Shown: positions 47,869 to 61,824 of the stretch, piece after piece
How the letters are laid out: each line of letters starts with the position of its first letter
Position numbering within the stretch: the stretch's first letter is position 1
NCBI GenBank assembly: GCA_907165135.1
Contig: OU015570.1
Span: 1,116,001 to 1,180,000, forward strand
Length of the DNA stretch: 64,000 nucleotides
DNA from: Oikopleura dioica
Taxonomy: Eukaryota > Animalia > Chordata
Direction of reading: 5' to 3'
The notes under the pieces: generated by a model
Seen by the model: only the letters and a program-made list of their open reading frames with translations
What the model was told of the DNA's origin: nothing
Databases searched by the model: none
Program-made: the position numbers and the translations under genes

Positions 47869-49320
47869 GATCGGGTCACTCATGAGAGTTTTCTAAATTT
47901 TTTATAATTTTTGACCTAGAGTGACCTCAGATGACCCCAAATGACTTCTTAAACATTTTTTAATAAAAAAACATAGATAAAAAGTGTTTGGGAGGCATTT
48001 GTGACACAAATGGTGTACTTTTTGTGAAAAAGTACTCAATTTTTGTCGAGTTCCCCAACTTCAAGAGCCTATAGCTCCTCAGGAACCCCCGGGTCTCAGT
48101 ACTTTTCTATATCTCAAAATGACCCTCAGAGCCTGGGCTACAATCTGGGATAGGAGGCACCTTCTGAAAGGTCGAGTTATTGCCTCAAAAATTCTAATTT
48201 CTGGAGTTGGCCAGATTTTGGGACTTTGGACGTACCTAAATGCCCTCAGGGTACGAGATCACCCCCAAGTATCAATAGTCAAAATGTTTCCCAGCTTCTG
48301 GGCTTTCTAAAACTGTATTATAAGCCCACCCTACTAAGCCCTAAAAAAGTCAAATTATTAGTGATTTCCCCTACTTATGAGCTGGTACAGAAGTTGGAAG
48401 GCAGCGGACAAGCCAATAGGAAGGACACTGTTCACATAAATTGTGCTTCTTACTACCTTCGGGCTGCCGCCCGGGGGGGAAGAATGATGGGATTATCTCC
48501 ATCACCTTCTCACTCTCGGGCGCTAGCCCGCAACTTCAAATATATACTCCGTTTTTATCAGAATAAATGAGATAATTAACAATACGATCTAGAGAGTGTA
48601 CGTCCACCTTGATTGCATAAAGCTGACCTTCAGAGATGGAAGTATGCAATTTGTCTGGTCCCTCGGACCAGAATTCGACCAAAATCTGAATTCTTGCACT
48701 CGGGACCAGAATTCCAATCTGAACTCGAATTCTGGTCCCAATGGCCAGGAAGTCAACAATCGAGCTCAAAAAGGACTCAAAAATCGGGAAAACTCTGACA
48801 AACTCCAGTTGAAAATCGTCTGAATGATATCAGAAGAATTTGATCTACTCCCCGTGCCCCTCACCACGGGGCTCCGCCCTTTAGGTCCTAAAATGCCGAA
48901 GTCTAGTCTAGGGTTACTGAGGGTTACCTTATGTAACCCTAACTAACCCTTGCCTATCCCCCTAGGGTGAGTTTGTTCCTTCATTTTGGCCAGTACCCCC
49001 AAACACTAATATTGACTAGAAATATGAGACCAGAATTGAATGTAATTACTCGTATAATTCGTATCAAGAAGTGAATAATAATAATTGGGACCAGAATTGG
49101 GGTTCAAAAGCGAATTCTGGGCCCAGGGACCAGAATTCAGATCATGGTCGAATTCTGGTCTGGAGGACCAGACTAATTGCAACCCTCCTCAGAGATATCT
49201 CCACCATTTGGTGACAGAAGAGTTTCTGCCCACATCCCGCGATGAGATATACATACAATGTCACGGCGGTGGATGGCGAATTCTTGGATGCCATCGGCAT
49301 CCTTGAACAATCGCTAGACG

Positions 49321-50800
49321 ATGGCACATCAGATTCTGCCGTGCTCAGTTATCTCAAAATATGAAAACTCCAATGCCATGACGCCGGTCCCTCTAAGGAT
49401 AAGGACAAGCTTGTTTGAAAGGACAGTAGATTTGTACGATCTGGACATAGGTAGACTAATCTGTGTTCCAACAAATCGGCTGCCAAAGGAAAGGTGCTAC
49501 GAACTGAAGGCGCCACAAGAAATGACAGATGTCACAAAGATTATAGAAGAATTAGACAATATATCGCCGGAGCTAAAAAATCAAGTGAATACGTTCAAGA
49601 TTGGTCAGGCTACGCAGGTCAGGACCGAAGACATGGAGAGCCTAACAAGGAATGTCGAGACTTTTCTAGAAGAAGGGCGTCAGAAACTTCACTCTCAGGC
49701 TCCGTTGGATGTAACATCAATTCTACCGGAGTATAAGCAGTTCACTATAAGCAGTTCAAGGCTAAAATGAGTGAACTTCGTCAGACAATCGATGATTCGC
49801 AAGGGGAACTAGCGAAGGATGAAAACTCGATCAGAAGATTGGAAGCGGAGAATGCCCGGATAAGGGACCAGGCGAGAGATCTGAAAGAGATCTGAAAGAG
49901 ATTCTTCAAGGAATTAAGGGATTTCGTAGACAAATATCTCCAATACGAATTTCTCCCTCGAGGAAGACGCTCAAGAAATCCATGTCATCAGCGACGCAAT
50001 CGACCCCGACTGGTCCCGAGAGGCGCCCGGACGGGCAGACAGAGACCGTGGATGAACCAGGGGCAGCGACCCTTAATGAACCACCGCCGGTGGCAACCGC
50101 AACGGTAACCACAGCTGAAGGCCGGCCTCATGGTGGTCCTATCCCTGTGCGACCGCAAAGCTCTGGTAATAAACAAGATAACAGCCAGGTAGCGCGTGAA
50201 AGTGTCAAGAGAAGTCAACAGGAGGCGTTGGAAACCCTACGGAGAATGGAAAAAACACGGAAAGGATCAATCGATCAATGGAAGAAGAGGGTTCCATCGG
50301 AAGACAAGTTCGGAATATGGCAAAGAATGCATCCCGATACATGCAAGAAGCCCCGGAACTAGATGAAGACAGAGGTTGAAGCCGAGAAAGACGAGTGAAC
50401 GGCAGGCGTCGAACAAGTCCGTCCATTGAAAGGTATCGCGATAGTAAGGATCATTTCTATGATCAGTACGGATATCGTTTTGATTATGACTATGGGGAGG
50501 AACCGCCTCCGGCAGGACCATGCCTACCTTACCGGATAGACGCGGCGAATCGTCAGGTTCCCGGACTTGTGCATGGCATGCCCGAAGGCGAGTATCGGAA
50601 CAGTGTCCCTGATAAGGGGAGCGGATGAGGACAAAGAGGTCCACAGAGATGGGATCTACCGGAACCCTACCGACCAGAATTTTATCAAGGCCGACAAAAC
50701 ATGTATCGCGGATGAGGCCAGGATAATGGACATGGTCGGTATTCAAACACAAAGACGAATATCAAGGCTCCCATCTGGCTGGGCGGGAGAATAATTCTGT
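49321..50800 (+). pseudogene. decayed gag-like/ORF1 region (coiled coil, Pro-rich)
   Basis: Series of frameshifted plus-strand ORFs upstream of a protease. Confidence 0.45.
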
Positions 50801-51305
50801 GGACAAAACTTTTCTGTGGAAACAGAACTATTCTGTGAAAAAACAGAACCATTCTGTTTGAAACAGAACTATTCTGTGTCGAGCTGAGCAAAATTCACTT
50901 TGATTATGTCGTAGATAGCCTTTAATACTCTGGAACTCATGTCAAAGAGTGGAAAAGGATTGACTTCAGTCGGTCTTTGAATCTTGCAGCCAAAAAGAAT
51001 CTATAACAATGATAGTTTGTTAGTAGAAGCTGAACCGAAGAGGCTCTGAAGCACGCTACGGGCCTACGGCCCTTGCGCGCATTTTCTGATAGAGAGCTCA
51101 TTGGGTTGGCAGGGGCAGTCTTTTTCTACCGCTGGGACTCATTTTTGGCAGCAAACAACTTCTGCATTCGCACATTTATAGTTGTTTTCGCCAAAAATTT
51201 TTTTTTTCTCACAGAATTATTCTCCCGGAAAGGGGGGGTATTATCGTGAGAATAATTCTGTTTTCCACAGAATAGTTCTGTGCACAGAATTATTCTCCCG
51301 GCTGC
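50781..51305. mobile_element. MITE with gggagaataattctgtg TIRs and acagaa repeats
   Basis: Inverted 17-bp match at both ends. Confidence 0.65.
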
Positions 51306-51683
51306 CCCTCCCATCTGACAAAAGGGAAGTTCTCAAGCGCAGCGAGTCAGCAGCCAGAATGACTACATCGACTTTCTGTTGGTCTTTCGAGATGTCACGT
51401 CCATGACGGACTTCGAGATTATCTACTGCAGCCTCGAGAAAAGTGAACGGATGGATATCTTTCGGGAGCTTTTAGACTCTAAAATTTAGAGGAAACACGA
51501 AACCACCTTCCATCGTTCATTGATCACCTTCGAAAGGCCCACGGCGGCTCGGCGATGCGACAACGCGCAAACTTGGACTCTCTGAAACAGGGCTCGATGA
51601 AATCGCCGCATTTAACCCTTTTAAATCATACAATTTAATCATTCTGGCCTTTCTCACTTACTTACTTATAAACTTACATAGTC

Positions 51684-52790
51684 ATGATTCCGCGGATACC
51701 CGTGTTGTTAGCAGACATTGCTCTGGCGAAGCGCCCGTCATCAATTTATGCCACCCAGGTGTTGGTGGACACAGGAGCAGAACTAGGATTGCTCCACCAA
51801 GATCACCCCCTAAGTGCAGAAGCAGACAATTTGCCACAGGCAAAGAAGTTTGAAGGCTTCAATGCGAGGATTTCGGGAGGATCGAAGAAGGTCGTTAGTG
51901 TCACTCTCAGACATCCACGTAGAGGGAACGTAATCGTCCCGGAAGTGAAGCTCTATATAATGGAGAACCAATCATTTGTAATGATCCTACCTTTTCCGAT
52001 TCTTTCTGATTTCCGGCTTGGGTTCGATGTGCGATATTGCATTATGACTAATCGTTGGTCAAACGAGAAGCATATTCTCCGGCTTCTTACGAATGACACT
52101 ATACGAATATCTCAAACGGTGTCTCTGGAGCCACTAGGACACGCACACATTCCTTATAATGACAATGTCATTACTGTTCGACTTCTCAGGCCTGAATGCA
52201 GAAGAAAAGGAGTTGGTCATGAGCCTGGTGGAAACATGGAATCATATTTACAGCAGATCAGACCTGGATATTGGGCTAGGCTTCCGGTACAACTACCCGT
52301 ATCGGATAAACACCTCAGTGGACAGTACTCAGCCAAGAATATTTCAGCAAGTGGCAGTGGCCTACCAGGAAGGCCTGCATCTGCATATTGAAACTCTCGA
52401 GGGGCAGTGGGTTGTCAGGAGAGTGCCTCGGATCGAGACAATAACCTGTTCATGGGTTATCGTCAAGAAATCATCGGGCAAGCTCCGAATTTGTCTCGAT
52501 CTTAGGCCTACAAACAACCTTTGTTGCGGTAGCACGGTGCGCCTTCTCAGGCTGAATCGAGCTTGCAGCATATCCAACTGAAAAATCTGATGATACTATG
52601 GAGATGCTTAGAACTGATGCTTAGATGTCAATTTCCGGATGAGGTCATGACCGACAATCACGCCTCTTATAGAACAGCGGAATTTGAGGAGTTGTGTAAC
52701 AACTTGGCCATTGCTAGGGATGGCATACAAAAAATTAAATCGATTGCGACGTCGCCAGGGAAAACAAAGGGTAGCATCTTGTAAAACGGA
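51684..52790 (+). pseudogene. pol: scrambled Ty3/gypsy pol (protease, RT N-terminus, integrase-core scrap)
   Basis: VLVDTGAE; WVIVKKSSGKLRICLDLRPTN; FPDEVMTDNHASYRTAEFEELC. Confidence 0.85.
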
Positions 52791-53255
52791 AAATTTTGAT
52801 TCAGATAGGACCCAAAAAAAATATTTTCGTAAGTAGGTACCTGGATTTTTAGGCACTTTTCTGTAACTCCTCTATATGATACAAAAATTAATTTTTTCAA
52901 GTGAAAAGTATATATAGTTCAAGTGGTAGTGTATTTTCATGTGAAAAATCCATTTCTGCAAAAAAATTCAACCGCGTAAGAAGAAAAAACCGAGAAAAAT
53001 GCATGCAAACTGTCTCGAGAGAAAAACAAAAATCGGTGGCGCGGCGATAACGTAACAGCGCGGGGGCCGCGTGGCGGTGCTGTTTGCCCGCTAGCCTAGC
53101 TCAGCATTGAAAGAGCTCTTTTTCTCTTTAACTAATTTTCAGAAATAGCTTATTATTTATTACTTTAACTTATTTCATAAATACTGATATTTATTAATAC
53201 TCTAGATTTTACAGTGTATAATTGAATCATAATCGATTAAAATTGAAGTAATCTA

Positions 53256-54260
53256 TTAACAAAAAATTTATAAAATACTAATTTTCTTCCTTCTTCTTTT
53301 CGAATAATTAAAAAAAGACTTTATTTTCATTCGCTTTTTTGTGCTCAATCTGTTCGCGTCGAATTTAATCTTCAAGTTCTTCGTCAAACTGCTCTGACTC
53401 CAACAACTCTTTGATTTGGTTGTATCCGTGATTTCCAGTCGGCTGGGTCGATTGTTAGATGATCAGATTTTTCCGGTGTCCAGTCTTCTCGTAGAACGAC
53501 CATGAATTTCCCGATCTACGACTTGGAAAGTTTGGGACGATCTTTGAGGAGAAAGATGGAATAAGAATCGTTGGAAGCAGATTTCAAGATTTATTGACCG
53601 CCGTTTCTGAATCAACCAAAGGGCCGGTAAGCCCCTTAAATTCAAGAATCAGAAAATGGGGCTGAGACGGCTCGATGGGCCGGCAAGCCCCTTAAATTCA
53701 AGAATCAGAAAATGGGGCTGAAACGGCCCGAAAAGCCGGGAAGCCCCTTAAATTCAAAAATCATAAAGTGGGGCTGAGACGGCCCGAAGGGCCGGCAAGC
53801 CCCTTAAATTCAAAAATCATAAAATGGGGCTGAAACGGCCCGAAGGGCCGGCAAGCCCCTTAAATTCAAAAATCTTAAAATGGGGCTTAGACGGCCCGAA
53901 GGGCCGGCAAGCTCCTTAAATTAAAAAATAAAAATGGGGCTGAAACGGCCCGAAGGGCCGGCAAGCCCCTTAAATTCAAAAATCAGAAAATGGGGCTGAT
54001 ACGGCCCGAAAAGCCGGCAAGCTCCTTAAATTAAAAAATAAAAATATGGGGCTGAAACGGCCCGAAGGGCCGGCAAGCTCCATGATTTAAAAAATAAGAA
54101 AATGGGGCTGAAACGGCCCGAAGGGCCGGCAAGCCCCTTAAATTCATTAATCAGAAAATTGGGCTGAGACGGCCCGAAAAGCCGGCAAGCTTCTTAAATA
54201 AAAAAAATAAAAAAATGAGACTGAAACGGCCCGAAGGGCCGGCAAGCCCCTGAAATTCAA
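53256..54260. repeat. ~365 bp unique segment plus ~12-unit GAA-hairpin array; direct repeat of 60012-60690
   Basis: attaacaaaaaatttataaaatac...ccaaagggccggtaagcccc is essentially identical at both sites. Confidence 0.9.
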
Positions 54261-54532
54261 GAACGACATATGCGGTCAATCTTCGGGGTAGGGATCCCGA
54301 AGAATAGACGATTTCAAATACGCTCAATCTTCGGGGTAAAATCCCGAAGAGCTGCCAATATAAAATGCGGTCAATCTTCGGGGTCCTGAAAATCCGGGGA
54401 CGAAGAATAACCATTGCACGATGCGGTGATTCTTCGTTAAGAAATCACAACTATCGAAAATATGTGACTGAATCAATCCGAATGCACGATGGCCCGATGA
54501 CTTTTCAACATCTCTATGAACTTCTGAGTGGC

Positions 54533-57386
54533 TCATAATTGATGTGAGTGACATAAAGTCCTCAATCGGTCTCCCGTTGAGCTTAGATAGATAAGGCCGT
54601 TTCCTGTGTATTTGAGAGACGTATCGCACGCGATGAAGATTTTTCGGTTTGGATTTCTTGAGTCGTACTCAAGGTGTGCTGTTCCGATACCATCCTTGAT
54701 GTTGTCTCGCAGTTTGGTCAAGCTTTTCACGATTTCATCCGTAAGCTTGTAGTTTTTCTTTTTGGCGATTTCTTTCGCCAGCGGTGCCAGAAGTTTGCTC
54801 ATTTCGGGCGTTTGTCTCATGAAATAGTTGAAGCATCCTTGGTACTGTTGCGCTTTTTTGAACGTCGTAGGAAAAGGCATGTCCAGTAAAGCTTTTACCC
54901 TTTTCGTTGGAACACTGATACCTTTTTCCCCGATCGTATAGCCTAAGAATTCAATTGATGATTGAAAGAATCCGCACTTTTGGATTCTGACGATTAAATT
55001 GTGGTTGTAGGTGGTCATGAGGGTACTTTTACCCTCGTTCGCTCTCATTCATGAACGAGGGTACCAGTACCCGCATTCGCCTTTTGTCTTGAATGAGGGT
55101 ACGAGTACCCCTGTTCGCTAATTTCTTTGAACGAGGGTACCAGTACCCGCATTCGCCTTTTTGTCTTGAACGAGGGTACGAGTACCCGCGTTCGCCAATT
55201 TCCTTGAACAAGGGTACCAGTATCCCCGTTCGCTCTTTTTCTCGAAAAATAGAGGAAGCATAATGTAAAATTTTTACATGGGGAGCTCCAATGATAAACG
55301 AATCCGAGTGCCCTTTACCACGGGGCTTCGCCCCTTAGGTCCTAAGATGCCGGGGTCTAGTCTAGGGTTACTTAGGGTTACCTTCAGTAACCCTAACTAA
55401 CCCTAGCCTATCCCCCTCGGGTAAGGTTGTTCTGTCATTTTTCCCAGTGCCCCCTAACACTAACCTCAAACCAAAAGAAGTACTTTCAGCTATAATTGTC
55501 TTTATATGCAAAATGTCGTTTTAGTAGAAAGTAAAGAGGGAGTCCCTTGCGTTGGAAATGAAGGGAGGACTGATAAAGAAGGTAACTTGGTACCCTCGTT
55601 CAGAGAAAATGCGAACGGGGGTACTCGGTACCCTCATTCATAAAAATATGCGAACAGGGGTACGAGTACCCTCATTCAAGAAATAGAGCGAACAAGGGTA
55701 CGGGTACCCTCATTCATGATGGAAAGCGAACAAGAGTACGGTACCCTCATGACCGCATACCACCTAAATTGTTCTCCTTGATTCTGTTGAGTACCGCGTC
55801 GATGGCCTGGACGTGGTGTTTTTCCGTAGATACCAAAATACAGTCATCCTGATAGTTTATCAAGAATCGGCCCTTATCAAGGCTTGACAACTTGTCAAAG
55901 CACTTGCTGGCGAATGCAGCAAAAATGCTCGGCGAGCTGCTGCATCCTTGCGTGATTCGCGTGTACTGAAGTTGACGTCGACTGTACATGAAGGCTGTGA
56001 ATTTTCTGCTGCTTTGTCTCAGTCCGAGGACATAGTAAGCGTTGGCCAAATCGATGCTGGCAAAAACAATTTTCTCTTCCGGAAATTTGTTTTTCAGCGC
56101 CGATATATGATTTGAGATCATCTGTAGAAGAACTCGCACGTTTACCGTAGGATAGCGGGGCATGATAAGACGCGAATTGACACTGTTAGCTCCGCTGCTG
56201 TAGCTGTTCACAGTGCGCAAGGCAACGCTTGATTTCAAAACAAACAAAACTGGCGAGTTCCAGGCTGAGCAGGTTTCTTCCACGATTAATCCAGTCTCCA
56301 GCTCCTCGATTTATTCATCAATCTTTGGAATGAGACAGTTTTTGATTGGATAAGGCGGTGTAAATGACAGTTCCGATCCATTCAGCTTCATTTCTGCCAG
56401 GTATTTTTGGCTTAACCCAGCGTCTGATGGGTTTCTCGCATAGTACCATTGATAACTTTCGAGAGTTCTTCGGAGGTTAGGTCGTTGTTCTATAGGTGAT
56501 TCTGCGACCTTCTTTGTTATTTCGGTGTCCACTGAGATTTTGCCTGTCAACTTATCTCGTCGGATTTTCCACTTCTTCAGATCTTCTTCGTGCAGGATTT
56601 TTTCAGCATGAGTTAGATCACTTATAGGCTATAAGTTATAGCTATGAGATTGTTGAGTCGAACTTGGTCCTCGTCTGGGTCGCTTTTTGTAGCTATAAGG
56701 CTCCCTTTCTCCAGAAAAACATGATTTTCTGACATGTTAGACATAGTCACGTGGTCCCAATTGCGCTGGAACGATTTTTCCTTCACGGTGACTTTATTAT
56801 CAGCTAGTTTGGCAACAGTTAGGAGATTTGGTATTTCCATTTTCTGGTTAGGCCACGTGTTGACCCAAACGACTTGCTTTCGTTATCGAGGATGAAGGTA
56901 AATGTCTTCCTTTAGAACGATTCCTTCCTTGGTCGGCTGGATTTTTATTTCCAATTCTTTAGAGAAAGATTGGTTGTCCACACCTTCGCGCGAGTCAAGT
57001 TGGAGAATTTGATTTAGTTGCAGGACATGCTCACTTTGGCCTTTCCTAAGCTCGATGTTGCGCAATATATCCATACCGATTATGGCTGAAAAAGCCATTG
57101 AAGATGAGTCGCTGAGTACCAAAAATTTCACGTTTGTGATTTCTAGGTCGTTGTAAGGCATCCTGATGTTGCACCTGACGCATGTTGTTGATTCCGCAAA
57201 GCTTTCTTCCACAGCATTAGCAAGCTTGGTAACCGGGTTGGTTTCCTTTTCAAAGTCGGGCGGCACGTTTTCATATGATAGCAAGCTAGCTTCAGCGCCG
57301 GTATCAATGAGGACGTTTTGCAAAGGGTGAATTGCTGTATCGTTCTCATTGTACTGGACTAATGTACAATTTATAATAGGTAGAAT
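54533..57386 (-). pseudogene. pol: Ty3/gypsy pol of element C (protease, RT, start of RNase H; integrase absent)
   Basis: VLIDTGAE...IIGMDIL; WNSPVLFV; SIDLANAYY; QGCSSSP; YQDD; KCGFFQSSIEFLGY; IACDTS. Confidence 0.92.
55003..55764. mobile_element. TIR MITE with GG termini and 8-bp TSD (Merlin/hAT/MULE-like) inserted in RT
   Basis: TSD taaattgt (54995-55002, 55765-72); 24-bp imperfect TIR GGT.GTA.G.GGTCATGAGGGTAC; gagggtacgagtaccc subterminal repeats; nested Helitron-like copy. Confidence 0.85.
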
Positions 57387-57396
57387 CTATTCAGGG

Positions 57397-59103
57397 TTAC
57401 ATTTGGATAAAATTTGAAGATTGGTATGAGTCTTTCTTGTCTTGCTCGACATTCATTGTGTTCATCTGACGTCGGCGTCGTGGCTTTGGGCACTCCTTAT
57501 GCCAGTGTCCTTTTTCGCCACAGTTGAAGCACTCACCTTGTCCGGGTTTCGTCTTTCCCTGTGAGCTCTTCTGGTTGCCTTTGTCTTCAGTTTTTCCACC
57601 GTTTTTCTGGCCGCCTTTCTTGAAGCAGCTTGACGCGCTATGTCCTTTCTTTCCAAAATTCGTGCAATTTGGAGCGTTTCTGCATTCGCTGAGGGTGTGG
57701 CTGTCCGTGTTGTGGTAAGAACACCATTTTTTCTTTCTGCCTTCTTCTCCACTTTTCTTCTTGTTGTTTCTGTCAATAAGAGCGTTTATACTCTTTCGAG
57801 TCTTGTGAAGATTAAAGATTCGATTTGCGAGTGCAACGCGTCTGCCAGGATCGTTTGGATCGTAGACATCCAGTCCCCAAGTTTCGCTCGTTTTCACGTA
57901 TGATGGGATAAGCCGTTCAAAATGCTCCATAGCTGTACTGTTGACGTCTGTTGCATCGAGCGTTGGATATTTTATTCGAACAAGCTTTCTTATATTCTCG
58001 AAAAATTTTCGAAGATCCTTGTCTCTTTCTTCGGAGAACGCGAGCGTGGACAGATTCATACTAGCCTCACTTTCATCAATCTGGATTTCCTCCTTCACGA
58101 CGTCCAAGAGTGTACCATAATCGTGTTGGGACCTGTTTTCGAATTCCTCGATGATATTTCCGAAGTTTGCCGCTGGAATGTTTTCAAGAACTAGTTGTAT
58201 CTTTTCTTTGTCAGTGAGCTTTTTCGATCTTCCCAGCTCGACCATAAAGACGATTTTCTTGCCCCAGTCTTTAACTGACAGCCCTGATTGTTTGAGTGGG
58301 GGAATTCTGTGTTTTTTCCAGCCGCTTGAATTGGTCTCTTCGTTTTCTTCCTTCGGTTCGGGCGCAGCAGTGGTGTTGACCATTTTAGAAGCTGCATTTA
58401 CCCGTTTGATCGGGGTTCTGCCCGCTTGAGGTTGGGGTCTCGTTTCCCAGATACTTCGTACCCTATTGTACCTTTCAGTATCATCCCTCAAGGATTCGTT
58501 GATCTGCTGTGTAACTTCTTCTTCAAGCACATCCTCCGCGTCCTGGTATACTGTTTCTTCTCCAGAGCTCATCATCGTTGCGTCTGCGTCCGGCAGAGTA
58601 TTTGCTGCATTTGATGGATCCATTGTTTGTTTTACCTTAAGTTCCAAGTAGGTGTCCTTGGGTGTTCCTAGTTGGCCGAGAGTATAGATTTGATTCAGTG
58701 CAGTTTTGATGGTATCCGAAAGTTCGCTGCAATCGTTGTTAACGAGTTCGTTAAACTGTACAACGGCTTGACGATTACGTAACTGCGCGTCCTCTTTATA
58801 TTGCTTGAGAGTTGAATTATAGTTAACAACTTCGTTTCGGTAAGTTTAAGACTTTAACTGGATCGGTAGTATGAAAAAACGTTGGTTGAATTCGCAAAAT
58901 TGATACTCGAAAAAATGAAGATTCAGTTCTTTGAGTCTGTCGATGACAATTTGTTTTTCCGGAACGACAGGGTTCTCCTCGTAAGTAGCCTTGGTTCGGT
59001 CGTCCTCAAACAGTAAGGCCAAAAAGAAGGCAAAACTTCGTATACTTCTTGTAACCTGACTAGTGTATCTCAGTTTACTTTGCAGATATCTGTCTGCATT
59101 CAT
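57397..59103 (-). pseudogene. gag: gag of element C with three zinc knuckles and one premature stop
   Basis: MNADRY start at 59103, in frame with the 416-aa ORF apart from one TAA; CSYHNTDSHTLSEC, CTNFGKKGHSASSC, CFNCGEKGHWHKEC. Confidence 0.9.
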
Positions 59104-61525
59104 AAATATCCGTAACCCTTCCTTCGGCGGCGTGTCCAAGTGACGCTTCACCAGTCACCAGATGAGGGGGTCGTGTCTTCCGTGTCTTCCAAGACCACGC
59201 ACCTTCTCTATAATGCAGATACACTTTACAACGCTGGTTTGCCGTAATTGAGTTTATTCCGGAAACGGGGGAATTGACGACTGAGTACAGTAAGTTGAAA
59301 CTGCGCGAGCTGCGGCTCGAGTGGCTTCCCGCAGTGTAGTTGGGGGAACCGAGCACGCCAATGGATATTGACGTCAATTAGGGTATTCACAACCCCTTAC
59401 ACTGGAGACCAAAAATGCTCCTTTTTTAATAACGAATCCAAAAATATAACCAAAATTTTGAAAAAACGAAAAAATTTTTCTCGACGACCCCCTCCTTAAG
59501 GCTTAAAAATCATTTCACTTTAACCAAAAGTGAACCCTTATAAATATTTACTTTTTAGAAAATATAATACGTTCGCTAAACTTGTTTTTCTTTGAACCCT
59601 AACCAATTAGTAGAGAAAACGAATTGACGAATTTGCTGTAAAATAGCTAAAATACATATCTAGAACATTTCGGATTTGACCCTCCGAATCCCTGGGTTTC
59701 CGATTTTGCCCAGGGATTGGGAGGGTACCCGGCTGAAACGGCCCGAAGGGCCGGCAAGCCCTTTAAATTCAAAAATCAAAGAATGGGGCTAAGACGGCCC
59801 GAAGGGCCGGCAAGCTCCTTAACGGTAATGGTATACATCGGCGCGGCGCCACTCGCTCGATCCGCGCTCCGCAAGAACCTATTTCTCACGAGGCCGTAAA
59901 ATCTGAACGGATCGAGATTTTTCAAAGATTAAAACAGATTCGGAATCCTCAAAGTCTTTTCTATAAACTGATCGAAAATTAAAACAATTTTCAAAGAGGA
60001 ACACTGTGAAAATTAACAAAAAATTTATAAAATACTAATTTTCTTCCTTCTTCTTTTCGAATAATTAAAAAAAGACTTTATTTTCATTCGCTTTTTTGTG
60101 CTCAATCTGTTCGCGTCGAATTTAATCTTCAAGTTCTTCGTCAAACTGCTCTGACTCCAACAACTCTTTGATTTGGTTGTATCCGTGATTTCCAGTCGGC
60201 TGGGTCGATTGTTAGATGATCAGATTTTTCCGGTGTCCAGTCTTCTCGTAGAACGACCATGAATTTCCCGATCTACGACTTGGAAAGTTTGGGACGATCT
60301 TTGAGGAGAAAGATGGAATAAGAATCGTTGGAAGCAGATTTCAAGATTTATTGACCGCCGTTTCTAAATCAACCAAAGGGCCGGTAAGCCCCTTAAATTC
60401 AAGAATCAGAAAATGGGGCTGAGACGGCTCGATGGGCCGGCAAGCCCCTTAAATTCAAAAATCAGAAAATGGGGCTGAAACGGCCCGAAAAGCCGGGAAG
60501 CCCCTTAAATTCAAAAATCAAAAAATGGGGCTGAAACGGCCCGAAGGGCCGGCAAGCCCCTTAAATTCATAAATCAGAAAATTGGGCTGAGACGGCCCGA
60601 AAAGCCGGCAAGCTCCTTAAATAAAAAAATAAAAAAATGAGACTGAAACGGCCCGAAGGGCCGGCAAGCCCCTGAAATTCAAGAATCAGAAAATTAATTT
60701 TACATCGCAATTTGTAAAGAGCGCTACTTCTTCTCGCGCCTCTCCGCTGCATATTACTCTCTTTTCAAAAGAGCGCACATAATTTTTGAAAGCCCAAATG
60801 AAAAATCTGAAACACAGGAATTGTAGAGCTGACGATTCTCTACAAGACAGTCCAATTTTAAAAAAATTTGGATGAGAAATTATGGAGAAAATGTCATTTG
60901 AAGGAAACTGGCACTTTTCACAGTGTTCCTCTTTGAAAATTGTTTTAATTTTCGATCAGTTTATAGAAAAGACTTTGAGGATTCCGAATCTGTTTTAATC
61001 TTTGAAAAATCTCGATCCGTTCAGATTTTACGGCCTCGTGAGAAATAGGTTCTTGCGGAGCGCGGATCGAGCGAGTGGCGCCGCGCCGATGTATACCATT
61101 ACCGTTAAGGAGCTTGCCGGCCCTTCGGGCCGTCTTAGCCCCATTCTTTGATTTTTGAATTTAAAGGGCTTGCCGGCCCTTCGGGCCGTTTCAGCCGGGT
61201 ACCCTCCCAATCCCTGGGCAAAATCGGAAACCCAGGGATTCGGAGGGTCAAATCCGAAATGTTCTAGATATGTATTTTAGCTATTTTACAGCAAATTCGT
61301 CAATTCGTTTTCTCTACTAATTGGTTAGGGTTCAAAGAAAAACAAGTTTAGCGAACGTATTATATTTTCTAAAAAGTAAATATTTATAAGGGTTCACTTT
61401 TGGTTAAAGTGAAATGATTTTTAAGCCTTAAGGAGGGGGTCGTCGAGAAAAATTTTTTCGTTTTTTCAAAATTTTGGTTATATTTTTGGATTCGTTATTA
61501 AAAAAGGAGCATTTTTGGTCTCCAG

Positions 61526-61580
61526 TGTAAGGGGTTGTGAATACCCTAATTGACGTCAATATCCATTGGCGTGCTCGGTT
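61526..61580 (+). promoter_or_regulatory. LTR remnant (40 bp, TGT...CA) plus PBS-like TGGCGTGCTCGG; mirror copy at ~59347-59401
   Basis: TGTAAGGGG...TATCCA|T|TGGCG about 260 nt upstream of the gag ATG. Confidence 0.4.
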
Positions 61581-61824
61581 CCCCCAACTACACTGCGGGA
61601 AGCCACTCGAGCCGCAGCTCGCGCAGTTTCAACTTACTGTACTCAGTCGTCAATTCCCCCCGTTTCCGGAATAAACTCAATTACGGCAAACCAGCGTTGT
61701 AAAGTGTATCTGCATTATAGAGAAGGTGCGTGGTCTTGGAAGACACGGAAGACACGACCCCCTCATCTGGTGACTGGTGAAGCGTCACTTGGACACGCCG
61801 CCGAAGGAAGGGTTACGGATATTT

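Noticed and set aside
53256-60690. Direct repeats 53256-54260 and 60012-60690 as the LTR pair of element C
   Set aside because: No TG...CA termini, adjacent PBS or PPT; pol is cut before the integrase; a better LTR-end/PBS candidate lies at ~59347-59401.
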